Shown here: positions 13,259-25,075 of the stretch, one piece after another
How positions within the stretch are numbered: the first letter of the stretch is position 1
Layout: the number at the start of each line of letters is the position of its first letter
Notes under the pieces: generated by a model
What the model was told of the DNA's origin: nothing
The model's input: only the letters and a program-made list of their open reading frames with translations
Databases searched by the model: none
From: Eledone cirrhosa
Taxonomy: Eukaryota
Direction: 5' to 3'
Length of the DNA stretch: 64,000 nt
Assembly (NCBI GenBank): GCA_964016885.1
Contig: OZ024743.1
Location: 284,828,001-284,892,000, forward strand
Program-made: the position numbers and the translations under genes

Positions 13259-14482
13259 TATCTACACCCTGAGTTATGAAAAGTGCTCAAGCTACTTTTG
13301 ATAGGAAATGTAATACATATTTGTATGAAGAAAAAGGTCAACAGAAACTGTGCCTACTTCATCAGCTCTCTAACCATCAGAAAGCATGCCAGTACTAACT
13401 GGTCATTCTCACCATACTCATGCATGCAGAACTTATCATACGTAAACATTTCATTTATTTAACCCCTTCATTACCATATTTCTAATAAAGTACACTAATT
13501 GATGCAGAATTTGGAAGGATTTACTCAAATTATTATTTCATTATTATGTGCGGTTGATTGTCTCATTTGGTGGTGAATTGATGGTCGTTTTTGTTTTTGT
13601 TTCCCCATTTTGTCTTTTTTCTTTTTTTTTTCTTTCCCTTGCTCTGGCCATATATTTTGGTGTGTTTTTTGGTGAGGTTCCTAGCAATGGTTAATTGTAT
13701 TTGTTATATGCGTTTATATTTGTGTTTATCAACGACATTATATTTGTAATGTTATTCTGAAAGAATTGTGAACAATTTGTAATGTGTATATATGTATTAT
13801 TTAATTATCAAAACATTTGTTATTAGGATTAAAAAAAGATAGATTTGTAAAATAATAAAAGGTCCTTATATATATTATGTTGGAAGATTTTCTTTAAAAT
13901 GGGTAGTTTTGTTCCATAAAACCAAAGATGGTTTCAGGTGAGCTGATATCAAAAAGGTTATAGTTCATGTATGATTGATGGGTATTCTTCTCATATACAG
14001 ACACACACACTCTTGTGTATTCATGTATACACATGTACACACACATGCATAATCATATGTACATGTACAAATACACTGTATATGCACGCAGAAATGCAAA
14101 TAATCCGTTACACATTTATGCCTAAATATAGAAACAAATAAATGCATACACATATAATAGTTGTATTATTGATTTTATTATGTGTATTTTCTACATGAAT
14201 ATATGCATATACACACATATCTTAAATCATGCCCATTACATGCATTATTAATAAAACTCACATGCACAAACATGTATATCTATTCAACAGACCTATACAT
14301 ATACACACATACCAGTGAATAGGCATACATATGCATAAGTGTACATATATACTTGTTAGTAACATTAATCATTTAATGTATTAAGATTAATATACACACA
14401 TGTACAAGCATACATGTACACACACTTACATGTGTATACCCAAGCTTTTTATTTTGTTATACTAAATTACAAATTGCTATTG

Positions 14483-14538
14483 TTCTCTCTCTCTCTTTTT
14501 CCCCTACCCCCTCTCTCTCTCTCCCCTACTCACACACA

Positions 14539-14601
<63 letters not shown>
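14483..14601. repeat. (CT)n microsatellite
   Basis: Dinucleotide run. Confidence 0.9.
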
Positions 14602-14604
<3 letters not shown>

Positions 14605-14910
14605 ATTTCTTTCTTTCCAGATATCTGCATATTCCTCCTGATCTTTTGCATTCTCTTCATTACTCTTTCTATCTCTTCATCTCATTCTATTTACAACCTT
14701 CTCTTTTGCTCTGTATTTTAACAAACTGACATTCACATCAGCATATTATTGACAGTTATTTGATCCCTCCATAAAATAACCCTGTCTCATGTTTTGTGTT
14801 GAATAACAACATCCACTGTAATAACAAAGAAATAAGAGGAAAAGAATAAGGGAAAATGATGCAGACAAGAACAACAGAATATATACACATACATATATAT
14901 GTGTGTGAGA

Positions 14911-14970
<60 letters not shown>

Positions 14971-14971
14971 A

Positions 14972-15130
14972 TCATCATGATCATCGATTAACGTCTACGC
15001 CGCTAGCATGGGTTAGACGGGTCCTATTTTGCGGCAAGTTGTGTCAGGTGACCGTGTCTCGCTCATATAGGGGTGTTTCTGGCTGGTTTTCTACGGCTGG
15101 ATGCCCTGCCTAACGCCAACCACATTTACA
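14972..15130 (-). mobile_element. RTE 3'-end fragment
   Basis: CGCTAGCATGGGTTAGACGGG..CTACGGCTGGATGCCC..CCAACCACATTTACA between (TA)n runs. Confidence 0.8.
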
Positions 15131-15592
15131 TATATATATATTATACACACACATATATGTGCATATATATGTTTGTGTGTGTGTGTGTGTAAAAAGTAAA
15201 CAGAAATAACAAAGCAAATGACACAGTACAATGAAGAAATATATTAGTTTAACACTTGAAATAACAAGAGTCTTAACCTTTTGGGCATTATTTCTTCATC
15301 AGAAGATAGAATGAGAAATAAAAAATGAAATAGAAAGATAAAGAGTGAGAAGAGGAAGAAATGGGAAAAATATGAGAACAAAAAAACACACATGTGTATT
15401 CATTCAGTCAGCCATTTTGGATATATATATATAATATATTAGCAAATGGAAACTATATTTATAAAACCATATTTATTTCATTATACATATTTCAAGGAAA
15501 CCAAGTTAAATTATGGTGTGCTTTAATCAGATAAAATATAATATAGATCAGTTTTATAAATAAATATTGACATACCCTTAAAGAATGCGACC

Positions 15593-15662
15593 ATATATAT
15601 ATATATATATTATATATATATATTATATATATATATATATTATATATATATTATATATATAT

Positions 15663-15715
<53 letters not shown>

Positions 15716-15721
15716 ATATTA

Positions 15722-15791
<70 letters not shown>

Positions 15792-15818
15792 ATATTATAT
15801 ATATATATATTATATATA

Positions 15819-15861
<43 letters not shown>
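15593..15861. repeat. (TA)n-rich array
   Basis: Interrupted TA microsatellite. Confidence 0.95.
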
Positions 15862-15863
<2 letters not shown>

Positions 15864-16320
15864 CATCATCATCATCATCATCACCGTTTTACGTCCGTTC
15901 TTCCACGCTAGCATGGGTTAGACGGGTTGTCCTGTTGTGGGCAGTGTCTGGTCGGCTGACCATGCCTTGCTCATACAGGAACTGATCTGGCTTGATTTCT
16001 ACAGCTGGATGCCCTTCCTAACACCAACCTCATTTACAGTGAGTGCTGGGTGCTTTTTCGTGGGGCCTACACGTCCACTTTACAGTGTGGGCTGGGTGCT
16101 TTTTTGCCGTGGCACCTCCACGACCACCTTGCGTGGGGGGGGGGGGGGGCATATTGTTTATATGCTTCAGCATGTACCCATGGGAGGTCGGGTACCCTGT
16201 ATTACTGCGTGACGCCAGAAGTCACGGTCGTGTGTCATTGACTTTGAGAGGTGTAGTTGGGTAAGGTCGGCTTTTATCACCTCATCCCAAGTCATCTTGG
16301 GTCTCCCCACTCCGCGGTTG
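15862..16320 (-). mobile_element. RTE 3' end (ORF terminus plus 3' UTR)
   Basis: Encodes [24 protein letters not shown]; ends in (GAT)n. Confidence 0.85.
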
Positions 16321-16357
16321 TATATATATATGTATATATATATATGTATATATATAT

Positions 16358-16388
<31 letters not shown>

Positions 16389-16517
16389 CGTATATATATA
16401 CACGCATATATATATATGTATATATACACATGCATACATATACACGCATATATATATATGCATATATATATATGTATATATATATATGTATATATATATA
16501 CACATATATATACATAC

Positions 16518-16552
<35 letters not shown>

Positions 16553-16745
16553 CATATATGTATATACATATATGTATATATATGTGTATATATATGTGTA
16601 TATATATATATATATATATGCATATGCATATATATATATATATAATATATATATATATATTATATATATATATATATATTATATATATATATATATATTA
16701 TATATATATATTATATATATATTATATATATAATATATATATATA
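16321..16745. repeat. (TA)n/(CA)n low-complexity array
   Basis: Source of the spurious YI-repeat ORFs. Confidence 0.95.
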
Positions 16746-17030
16746 AGATTCACAACAGCTCTGGCTAGCAGAATATGGGATTTGAAAGACCAAGGTATCC
16801 AATATAAATTGGATTGGTCAATTTTGAACCAATCTAAAGAATATGCAAGAGGAACAAGAAGATGCACACTCTGCATAAGTGAAAAATATTGGATTTTACA
16901 AAACCTTAAATCACCAAAAACCTGCCTAAATACAAAAACAGAAATTTTCACCAGTTGCCCACACATGAAATCACACTTGCTTTCCAGCTCATATAAACTT
17001 AACTCACTTTCAGATACTTATCCTCCATAA
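16746..17030 (+). pseudogene. C-terminus of Penelope-like GIY-YIG endonuclease (Naiad-type signature)
   Basis: TALASRIWDLKDQGIQYKLDWSIL..Y..GTRRCTLCISEKYWIL..LNTKTEIFTSCPH matches the T-L-x-IW-LK..W-I..CxLCxxEK..LN..E..CxH pattern of PLE endonucleases. Confidence 0.8.
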
Positions 17031-17103
17031 ACTCTTATTCTTCACTTTCCTTAAATTATTCTCTTTACAGACTTCTCTTTCTGATTTACTTTCATTTTTA
17101 ACT

Positions 17104-17244
17104 TTATTTTTATTTTTATTTTTATTTTTATTTTTATTTTTATTTTTATTTTTATTTTTATTTTTATTTTTATTTTTATTTTTATTTTTATTTTTATTTT
17201 TATTTTTATTTTTATTTTTATTTTTATTTTTATTTTTATTTTTA
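17104..17244. repeat. (TTTTTA)n hexamer array
   Basis: Perfect tandem run. Confidence 0.95.
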
Positions 17245-18371
17245 CTTCACATCCACCATTAACCCTCCCCCCCTACTCTTCGATTCACTTACCTGATAAC
17301 TTCACATTCCACATGTTACTTCCCCATTTTCTTTCACTATCTGATTCCACATGTCACTTGCGTTTTACACCTCAGATATATTCTGTTGTTTCGCAGCCGA
17401 TTTTATATTTGTAGTCATTTATTCATAAGGCTGCTTTATACTCTGTATCTATATGTATGAGTGTGTTTATGTGTGTATATGTTCTGTATATGTATACGAG
17501 CGCCTCCGTATGTGTGTGTGCGTACGTGTATATATGTGTGTGTGTATGTGTGTTTTTATATCTGTTTTTACGTCTATGTTTTTTATATTCTTATTTTTAC
17601 GTGCGTGCGTAAGCGGGTGAATGTACGTGAATGTGTATGTGTATGTGTATATATGTATACGTATGTATGGGTGTGTATGTGTGTATATATGTATATATGG
17701 TCGCGTACGTACGTGTGATTAGATATACATGGGGCGAGATATATATATATATATACGTGCCTCGTGTGTATGTATGTACGCATACATGCGCTTTTGTCTG
17801 TACGTATTTGTGTGTATAAATATTTTTTTTATAGATATATGTGTATGTACGCGCGTCCCTATGTTTGTTTTCTTTTCTTTAGTGTTAATTGATTACTTTC
17901 TCTTTCATTTAAACATTTTTTCATTCTCATATACTGTTTCATTTTTATACATATATCGAGAATGACACTTCTTTTCACTATTACACTCCCTTCCCTCTTT
18001 ATCTTCCGCATATAAGTGACCGCTCGTGTGTGTGTGTTTATACGTGTGCTTTCATACTCGTATGTGTATTTAATACCTGTATCTGGATGCGTGTCAACTA
18101 TATTATCATCTTCTTTTTCAACTCATATTATATCCGTATTTGTGGTCACATATACACAAATGTACTTGCCCTCATATATGTACTTACGCACACATTTTCA
18201 CCATACACATGCACTTGTACATACACACATATGTACATTTGTGAGTGTATATACATACATATACACATACCTAACTATATTTCCTTATATTTTTTATATA
18301 TTTTTCTATATTTTTAAATATATTTTTTGCATTTCTTGAGGAGACTTTCCAAATATTTCACTATGTTCTAT

Positions 18372-18449
18372 ATTACCTTGTCCGACGAACGAATGAGGAC
18401 GTTTTTTTCGTATTCGTCTTATTCGGGAAACCTCTGGTAATGAGGTAAT
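18372..18449 (+). ncRNA. Type I hammerhead ribozyme-like motif (U4C core variant)
   Basis: Stem I ATTACCTTGT/ATGAGGTAAT, core CCGACGA, long stem II CGAATGA-G-GACG/CGTCTTATTCG, GAAAC, stem III ACC-TCT-GGT, GUA site. Confidence 0.65.
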
Positions 18450-18550
18450 TATATTGTATTGTTTATTATACATTAAATTTTGCTCTGGTACTTACATAGA
18501 GCACTCTTCACTCCTATAACTTTTTCAATTTTCAACGGAAACTTCAATAC

Positions 18551-18585
<35 letters not shown>

Positions 18586-18588
<3 letters not shown>

Positions 18589-19575
18589 TTCCATTGCACA
18601 GATGGTTCTATAGAAATAGGGGACAGCTTCCGTTACCTGGGTGACAAAATCAGCAGTGGGGGAGGGTGCTCTGAAAGTACAGTAGCTAGAGTCAGAACTG
18701 GATGGAAAAAGTTCAGAGAGCTTATACCACTATTAGCCGCTAAAGGGTTCTCCCTAAAAATGAAAGGCAGGCTGTATGATGCCTGCATACGAACAGCAAT
18801 GTTACATGGCAGTGAGACCTGGGCATTGTGTGCAGAGGATATACGCAGACTGGAGAGGAACGAAGCTTGCATGCTCCGCTGGATGTGTAATAGTAATATA
18901 CGTGAACGGCAAAGCATAAACGAACTAAGGGAAAAATTAGAAATAAGAGGGATCAGATGTTGTTTACTCGAGAGAAGACTACGTTGGTATGGTCACGTGA
19001 TGCGCATGAAAGACGACAGCTGTATAAAAAAGTGCAGGGCAATAAAAATAGACGGTAGCCACGGAGTAGGCAGACCCAGAAAAACCTGGGACGACTTGAT
19101 AAATTCCGACCTCGCAGACTTACACCTCTCCAAGACAATGTCACTGGACCGAAACCTTTGGCGCTACACAGTAATAGAGAAGACCTGCCTTACCTAAGTA
19201 CAAAGTGAAACCTACTACAGTCAGTAGGCACCTCTAACAAAATACACCTCCGTCCCACTACCCCCACCCCATCCACACCACCCCTTTCAATATAAAGTTA
19301 TGTTGGTACTACAACATCCAGTCCGAAACAAATGAGGTTGTGTAGGTGTCACGACAAAAAAAACACACAGTCCACGCTGTAATGTGGCCGTGTAGGTAAC
19401 ACGGTAAAAACCTCCCAGTTGGTGTTAGGAAGGGCATCTAGCCAAGAAAACCCGCCAGACAGTCCTATGCGAGCAAGACAACCACTCTTGCCTCAAGTGA
19501 GAAAACTCCCGTCCAAACCCATGCAAGCGTGGAATATGGACATTAAACGATGATGATGATGATGATGATGATGAT
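18586..19575 (+). mobile_element. RTE LINE 3' fragment, same family as 10131-12360
   Basis: ORF 18760-19197 KGRLYDACIRTAMLHGSETW..RRLRWYGHV..GRPRKTW; (GAT)n tail. Confidence 0.92.
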
Positions 19576-19590
19576 ATATATATATATATG

Positions 19591-19930
19591 TGTGGAGGCA
19601 CATGGCTTAGTGGTTAGAGCATTGGGCTTGCAATCGAAAGGTTGTGAGTTCAATTCTCAGACTGGGTGATGTGTTGTTTCCTTGAGCAAGATACTTTATT
19701 TCACATTGCTCCAGTTCACTTAGCTGTAGAAATGAGATGATAGGGACTGGGTTCCCTATCATTCCACTGCAAAGTGGTCGTGTAGGTGCCACGGCAAAAA
19801 AGCACACAGCACTCACTGTAAATGAGGTTGGTGTTAGGAAGGGCATCCAGCTGTAGAAATCAAGCCAGAATCAGTTCCCGTCCCACCCTTGCAAGCAGGG
19901 AAAAAGCGGACGTAAAATGATGATGATGAT
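19591..19930 (+). mobile_element. Full-length tRNA-derived SINE with RTE-type tail (family B)
   Basis: A-box TGGCTTAGTGG, B-box GAGTTCAATTC, core TCCTTGAGCAAGATACTT, tail GGTGTTAGGAAGGGCATCCAGC..TGCAAGCA..(GAT)n shared with the RTE 3' UTR. Confidence 0.8.
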
Positions 19931-20329
19931 ATATATTCGAAATCAGTTACGATTGCTACTCAGGGTTTCACACACAACATGATTTCACAATCATACAGGC
20001 TCAGCGGATTCTATTAGTCAAAGTGTCTTGTTGTCAAATATTTAGCTAAAAACTTTTTTCTGGATGAACTGCTGTTTCATGTTAAAACTGCTCTTCGTAC
20101 ACATGTGCATGTGTGTTTATATAAATGTATGTGAAGTATCCCTGGTGTAATGATTCAGAAGACTACAAATCAGGGTGGTACTCAGTGCATAATGAGATGC
20201 AGAGTAGGTACAGTTAAAAGGTATAGCTGCAAAGGAGAGCTCATTAATTTCAACTTGTGGAACCCAAGTTGAAACAAACAGATGAGTTCTTTATTTTGAT
20301 TACCCTTTTTAACTAAATATGTATGCTAT

Positions 20330-20548
20330 TAAGTGGTTGGTGTCAGAAAGAATATCCAGCCATAGAAAATATGCTCCTGGTACATGCTGTAAAGTAGTTG
20401 GCATTAGGAAATGTATCCAACTGTAGAAACTAAACCAAAAGTGGAACATATGAGTAAGACATGGTCACCTGACTAGTTTAGTCTCAGAATGCAACAATCT
20501 GTCTAACCCATGCAAGCATGGAAAACAGTGATGATGATGATGATGATG
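20330..20548 (+). mobile_element. RTE-tail SINE remnant
   Basis: GTTGGCATTAGGAA..CCCATGCAAGCATGGAAAA..(GAT)n. Confidence 0.7.
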
Positions 20549-20666
20549 AATCTGTGGCCTTCTATGCCAATTTATGCTACATTTTGAAAGAATAAAAAAT
20601 TTCCAACAAATTATTAATTTTTATTAACGTTTTTGTCTATCTCTTATTATTTTAATTGAAACTTAA

Positions 20667-20842
20667 GGGCGGTGAATTGGCAGTATCGGTAGAGGGTTGG
20701 GCGCCATGCTTTCTAGCATAGTTACGTCCCTTTATAGTCTGAGTTCAGATCTCGCCAAGGTTAACTTTGCCTTTCATCCTTACGGGGTCGATAAAATAAA
20801 GTACCAGTAATGTACTTGTGCCTAACGTAGAAACAATTATTT
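20667..20842 (+). mobile_element. Near full-length SINE family A
   Basis: Head GGGCGGTGAATTGGCAGTATCGGTAG (A-box-like), GAGTTCAGATC (B-box), core, GTAGAAACAATTATT end. Confidence 0.85.
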
Positions 20843-21310
20843 TAATTGAAACTTTGGACCTCCATGTTGCAACCAAATATCAAAATGCTTTCCTGCAAAA
20901 AGCAGTCACAGCCAAGTCATTAAAAGGTTTTAAAATTAAATGTTTTAAAGGCTTTAAAATTAAATGTTTTTTGTTGTTCTTGTTTTTAGATAATTAGTAC
21001 ATAGTAATTAGATTTTTACAAAATTATGTAGATTTTAAGAAAATATAATTATAGTTTCTTGAATGCAACTTTATTATATTACAAGTAACTTAATACGGTC
21101 TTTCAACATGAAAAGGTTCCCCACCTCTGCTTTAACTCTTTTCCTAGATTTCATTTGACTCAACTTCTATCTGTTTCACTTGCTGGTAGCCCAACAGTCA
21201 TCTTCTGGAGTGATTCATTACAACACTCTCAATAATGATAAAGGCTAATTCTGTATTTTTTAAATGTTTTTATTGTTTTTTTTCCCCTCTTTCTAGCACA
21301 TTATGACTCA

Positions 21311-21550
21311 CTAATAGTCAGTCATAATGTGTGGAGGGAGGATGAAAATGACTTGGTGAGAGGAATAATGGAAATAAATGTGGAAGGAAGTAGACAAAGA
21401 GAGGGTGACATGGCTAAAGGGGTTGAAGGAAGAAATGAAGGCAAGGGTGTTTATGTTAGAAGATCTATAGGATAGGGCAAAATAGAGATGACTGGCTCTA
21501 CCACTCTGCAAGGCTAACCCATTTTGGAAGTGAAAATGACCTTAGAAATT
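21311..21550 (+). mobile_element. 3' end of a second, older RTE-like family
   Basis: Reads RREDENDLVRGIMEINVEGSRQR..TW..DR, a typical RTE C-terminus with stops. Confidence 0.5.
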
Positions 21551-21798
21551 GCTTATAGTGACTCATTATGACTCATTATGAAATGTAGATGATCAAGTTG
21601 AGAAACTACTGAACAATTAACCAAAGTCCTAATGTGATGTTACTATGGCCAGGATTCTTAACTTTCAATGATTCAGTTCAATAAGATGTGGTTAGGTACC
21701 ACAAGATAGAGTAGCTTACTTGTATAAGCAGCAACAGAACTAAAACTGACTATTTTATTAACCTATTGATTTTGGTCATGGCAGAAATGTTTACAATG

Positions 21799-22025
21799 CA
21801 ACCTTATGCTACCAACCCTACTCTACCAACCTTATTCTACCAACCCTATTCTACCAACCTTATTCTACCAACCCTACTCTATCAACCTTATTCTATCAAT
21901 CTTATTCTACCAACCGTATTCTACCAACCCTATTCTATCAACCCTATTCTACCAACCTTATTCTATCAATCTTATTCTAACAATCTTATTCTAGCAATCT
22001 TATTCTACCAACCTATTCTATCAAG
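21799..22025. repeat. 14-bp minisatellite (CTACCAACCTTATT)n, about 16 units
   Basis: Tandem periodicity visible; produces the repetitive YQPYS ORFs. Confidence 0.9.
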
Positions 22026-23154
22026 CCTGTTCAAGCAATGCCACACCAGTTTGAAATATATCAAACAATATATTGTCAACACAACATCAACTCTCTGATT
22101 GATCACCCACTTGTTAAACGTTGTTTTCTTTCTATTTAATTTTTAATTGTTGTACATCAATTTTCTTCATGTTAGAATGGCTGTGATCAAAGCTGGATTA
22201 ACCACTAAATAAAATAAGCACAAGTTTAGGATATCAAGGAAAAGGGGGAACCAAATAGGGACATATTAAATGTATTTATCATTTAAGAAAAAAAAATTTG
22301 CAGGGTTTTATATAGGAAGGTACAATAATCTTTTAAGTATTTAGAACCTCAAAAGGATTTAAACTGACCTTGGCTGGGATAGGATTTACAAAAATGCATA
22401 TGAATTAATTAGTACATACACAGACACACACGTGTGTGTGTGTTTATACAGTTGGATACTTCTACCATTAATTTTCAAATGTGAAGTGAGAGTGATACCT
22501 ATTTTCATCTAGACAGATAAAGATATACAGTGTAATGTACCTTGGTAAGGTGGTTTACTAAGAGCTGTGTATAACATTTCTCAGTATTAGCATATTATAA
22601 ATAAGCAATCGTTGATGTATTGTAAAACAGAATAATTGTTACTATTACAATTCAGTAATAGAATTGCTCTCAGTAACAAAAAGACAATGAAATTTCTTAA
22701 ATTCAACGTGACCCTTAATACATTATAATACTGCAATGTCATTCATAGATCGCTTTACTACTATCTCACATAAAGCAAAAACCCTATAATTCATACACTA
22801 TAAAGTAATGCTTTGTTAAATGCATCAACAAAACATAGGATGTGTTAGAATTTATAGATTTTTACCAATATAATAGATATATAGGGTAATTTGAATAGAA
22901 GTGGAAGCAACATTGAAATAAAAAATATATATATTTACCATTCAAGTATTTTATATAAAATTCAAAAGTACTTGGTTTTTGAGCTATTGATCTTATCAAA
23001 TTTAGGTTGGGATAGGGGTTTATTATCAGTTGGTTAGGGCAGTAGATATTTTATATTTACATCTTCAATTCAAGGAGAAAAAAAAATGTTTCTTTTTTCA
23101 CCATATACAGCTTCCTCATTTTGATATGACAATGAATACAATAAATAATAATAA

Positions 23155-23660
23155 TTGTTTCTGCTTTTGGCACAAGGCCAGCAATTACCCAGTACATTAC
23201 TGGTTCTGATTTAGGCACAAGGCCAACAGACTTGGGGGAGGGGAAAGTCGATTAAATCAACTCCAGTTCTTTACTAGTACTTTATTTTATTGACCCTATA
23301 AGGATGAAAGGCAAAGCTAATCTCAGTGAGATTCGAATTCAGAACATAAAGGGCCGTAACTCTATGCTGCAAAGCATGTTGTCCGATACTCTACCAATAC
23401 TGCCAATCCAATGCCCTAATGAATACAATAATAATAATAATGGTTTCTGATTTAGGCACTAGGCCAACAGTTTTGGGGGAGGAGAAAGTCGACTAAATCA
23501 ACCCCTGTGCATTACTGATATTTTATTTTATCGATGCTGCAAGGATTAAAGGCTAAGGTAACCTTGGCGGAATTTGAACTCAGAAAGTAAAGGGTTGTAA
23601 CTCTATGTTGCAAAGCATGTTGTCCGATGCTCTATTGATACTGCCAATCCACTGCCCACT
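23155..23660 (-). mobile_element. Tandem SINE family A copies
   Basis: Two copies (about 23155-23420 and 23441-23660), each preceded by GAATACAATAA(TAA)n. Confidence 0.85.
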
Positions 23661-23689
23661 AATAATAATTGAGCTTTTGTGTTGTAAAG

Positions 23690-23845
23690 ACCAATATAAA
23701 GTAATAGAGAATTGGTGTGACAATGTGCTTTGTAAAGTTATGCAAGATGATGGAAAAGCAATGATATTCTTGGATTATGACTTCCAGACTGATAAAGTAT
23801 TGAACATCACCATTCGGACATTGTTGTATTAAACAAAAAAGATAA
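23690..23845 (+). pseudogene. Dong/R4 endonuclease fragment
   Basis: NW..KV..DGKAMIFLDYDFQTDKVL..DIVVL corresponds to ISILWNFSIQTDRKIDANRPDIIL. Confidence 0.6.
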
Positions 23846-24076
23846 ATACTATCAGATCATTGATACAACCATAACAAATGACCCTCCCAAGAAGAAGATG
23901 ATGACTGGTCAGAATGAAACTATAGAAGTCAAGATGCCATGCAATGGAATCCAATCCAAAGCCATGTGGTTGCAAAACAAACTTCTTAACCTCACAACTG
24001 AGTGTGTCGTTTTTGTGGGTAACTGTTCGTCTTAAACCAACTATCTGTGGATGTGTATGTTGCATCTTTTGTATAG

Positions 24077-24139
<63 letters not shown>

Positions 24140-24869
24140 CTCCTAAAAGAGAAGGTAATCTATCACCATGAGGTTAGAAAATTGTTTAGAAGCTAAACAT
24201 CAAAGCCAGCTCCTTAGAGGATATTAAGGATCTATTTTAGGCAAGAGTAAACATCTGATGATATGAGAAATAATATCATACTATCTTCAACAGTGGCAAC
24301 AACAACAATAACATTAGAAATGAGAATATTTTTAAAGACATGAAGAGATAATGTAACATACCATCATGAGAAGCAATAGTGAGACATAAATATAATTGAT
24401 TCACCTCTATAAAGGAAATATTGAAGCAAGAATAGAAGAAACATACAGATTGTAACTTTATAAAGATAGCGAAGATACTGAAATATCATTTTTGTGATAG
24501 TGTCAACTCAGAATATAATGTTGAATTTCTTAAGCAATGAAGTATTTCTGTTAAACAAAGAAAAAGGAAATGAGAACCTTTCTTTACATAAGGCTAACAT
24601 CTTTGATATGAAAGTATATCCACTTTTTATCAATTTTGGTGGACTAGGAAAACAATGTTCTGAAACTAAGCTAACAAATTCTCTTTATCTTTCTTTATTG
24701 TGTGAACTGAATGAATTTTTCATTTTGTTTTTTTTTCCTGTTTCTTCTTTCTTCTTAAAACTGTTATTTATTGGTATTTTCTTTATCCTAAGATTTTGTT
24801 GAGTTTCTGAATTGAACATTTCATTCTACATGACTTTAGTTCACCTAGAATGCACACAATACTCTTCTG

Positions 24870-25075
24870 AAAATCTATGGCAGAATTAGAGAAGAAATTT
24901 CAAACCTGGAAGCATGGCCTAAAAATAAAGGGTCTAAAAGTCAACCTGACAAAGACTAAGGTCCTAGTAAGTAGAAGGAAGAGAAAACAGCCCTGATTCC
25001 CTGGGGGAAATGGCCTTTCTCAGTGTGTAGAAAAAGTGTAGTTAGAAATTCCATCCTCTGTATACATTTTGTATA
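24870..25075 (+). mobile_element. RTE RT fragment
   Basis: SMAELEKKFQTWKHGL..KGLKVNLTKTKVLV..GKWPFSVCRKSVVRNSILC. Confidence 0.8.

Larger units (their letters stand above)
16746..18555 (+). mobile_element. 5'-truncated Penelope-like element with long low-complexity 3' UTR
   Basis: Endonuclease end, CpG-retaining TG/CA-rich UTR, hammerhead at 18372-18449; bounded by (TA)n on both sides. Confidence 0.65.

Noticed and set aside
13459-13960. piggyBac-like MITE (TTAACCCCTT..AAAAGGTTA)
   Set aside because: Termini too degenerate and interior interrupted; not confidently delimited
15585-16746. Multiple ORFs rich in YI/IY repeats
   Set aside because: Translations of (TA)n microsatellites
19591-19670. 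tRNA gene
   Set aside because: A and B boxes are present but run directly into a SINE core and RTE tail, with no clean cloverleaf or terminator
21766-22098. Repetitive YQPYS protein or CRISPR-like array
   Set aside because: 14-bp tandem minisatellite with no unique spacers and no cas genes; eukaryotic context
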